Assembly (NCBI RefSeq): GCF_001194135.2
Contig: NC_068981.1
Location: 43,732,378-43,796,377, forward strand
Direction: 5' to 3'
DNA from: Octopus bimaculoides
Taxonomy: Eukaryota
DNA length: 64,000 bases
Shown here in pieces: positions 63,178-64,000 of the stretch. Below the pieces are notes generated by a model. That model saw nothing but the letters and a program-made list of their open reading frames with translations, searched no databases and had not been told where the DNA came from. The translations under genes were made by a program, and so were the position numbers. Position 1 is the stretch's first letter. Each line of letters begins with the position of its first letter.

Positions 63178-64000
63178 AATTCGAACTTAGAATAGTAATA
63201 ATAATGATTTAGATANNNNNNNNNNGAATTCGAACTTAGAATAGTAATAATAATGATTTAGATAGGAAAACTTCCATGAGTTAATAGTTATAAAAATAAT
63301 ACAATATAATTTAATATATAAGGAATAAAAATAATATAAAATAAAATAAATAGAAGTACCAATAAACATTATATAAGCAGGCCGGAATAGAACTAGTATA
63401 ATTTGAACTTGTATCGATGATTAGGGATAAACTTATAAATGGATTAATAAATGAAATAAGAAATAAAATTAAATAAAATTAAACATGGAAATAAAATACA
63501 AACAAAATATTATTATGAATTAATCCGCAATAAGATATGATTAGGTTAGTGATTTAATTTAATTTATCAACCTATGCTAATTAGGTATTAATACATATTC
63601 TTCGGTCTTTTTTTTTCTTTTCTTATATATATACGTAATTCCGCAATTGGAACCGTGATGTAAGGTGTTGTGACCAGTTGTTTTACTTGTATATTGTATT
63701 AAATCACTCTAAACTTTTTATGTTCTCTATATTTTTTTCCCTTCCTCTCTATATGTAAAACAATCATCCTGATGAAGGGAGTGTCTAATCTCTAATATGA
63801 GTACAACACCATATTAATAGACACATCTCATTAATAGATGCATACTTTTAACTTAACTTTTATATTCTATGTTTTTTTTGGTAAAATTTTTTTATTTTTT
63901 ATCCTATCCTAATGTACACGTTTTTAATATAATACATGTATATTTATAACTTCATCATACCGTATATATTTACCCATTATATGTTATATCATAATGTATG

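Noticed and set aside
63177-63264. 39-bp direct repeat around a 10-N gap
   Set aside because: Most likely an assembly overlap artefact.
1-64000. CRISPR-like or prokaryotic operon structure
   Set aside because: No regularly spaced repeat-spacer array and no dense coding. The window is eukaryotic repeat-rich DNA.

Overview
Very AT-rich eukaryotic DNA, dense in microsatellites and broken by about 10 N gaps. The SINE and RTE families with (ATG)n tails resemble those of octopus/cephalopod genomes (inference from recall, not a database result). I found no host protein-coding gene, rRNA, tRNA gene or CRISPR array that I can support, and most ORF-track entries are microsatellite or gap artefacts. 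The window is mostly decayed mobile DNA: RTE-clade LINE pieces (endonuclease, RT, 3' tails), two Penelope-like elements (PLEs), an R4/Dong-like restriction-endonuclease LINE remnant, Tc1 (DD34E), TRT-like (DD37E) and mariner transposons, a probable Chapaev-type transposase fragment, a piggyBac-type MITE, a foldback element and more than 20 tRNA-derived SINE copies of at least three families. The most notable signal is two apparently intact type I hammerhead ribozymes on the minus strand (10782-10843 and 27494-27544), each inside a short non-coding insertion with the same layout. The first is a ~630-bp, terminally redundant (507-bp period) unit inserted with a 12-bp target-site duplication into an older PLE. 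This fits a retrozyme-like or PLE-pLTR-derived element copied from a tandem or circular RNA. A younger PLE at the window end appears to stop before the GIY-YIG endonuclease.
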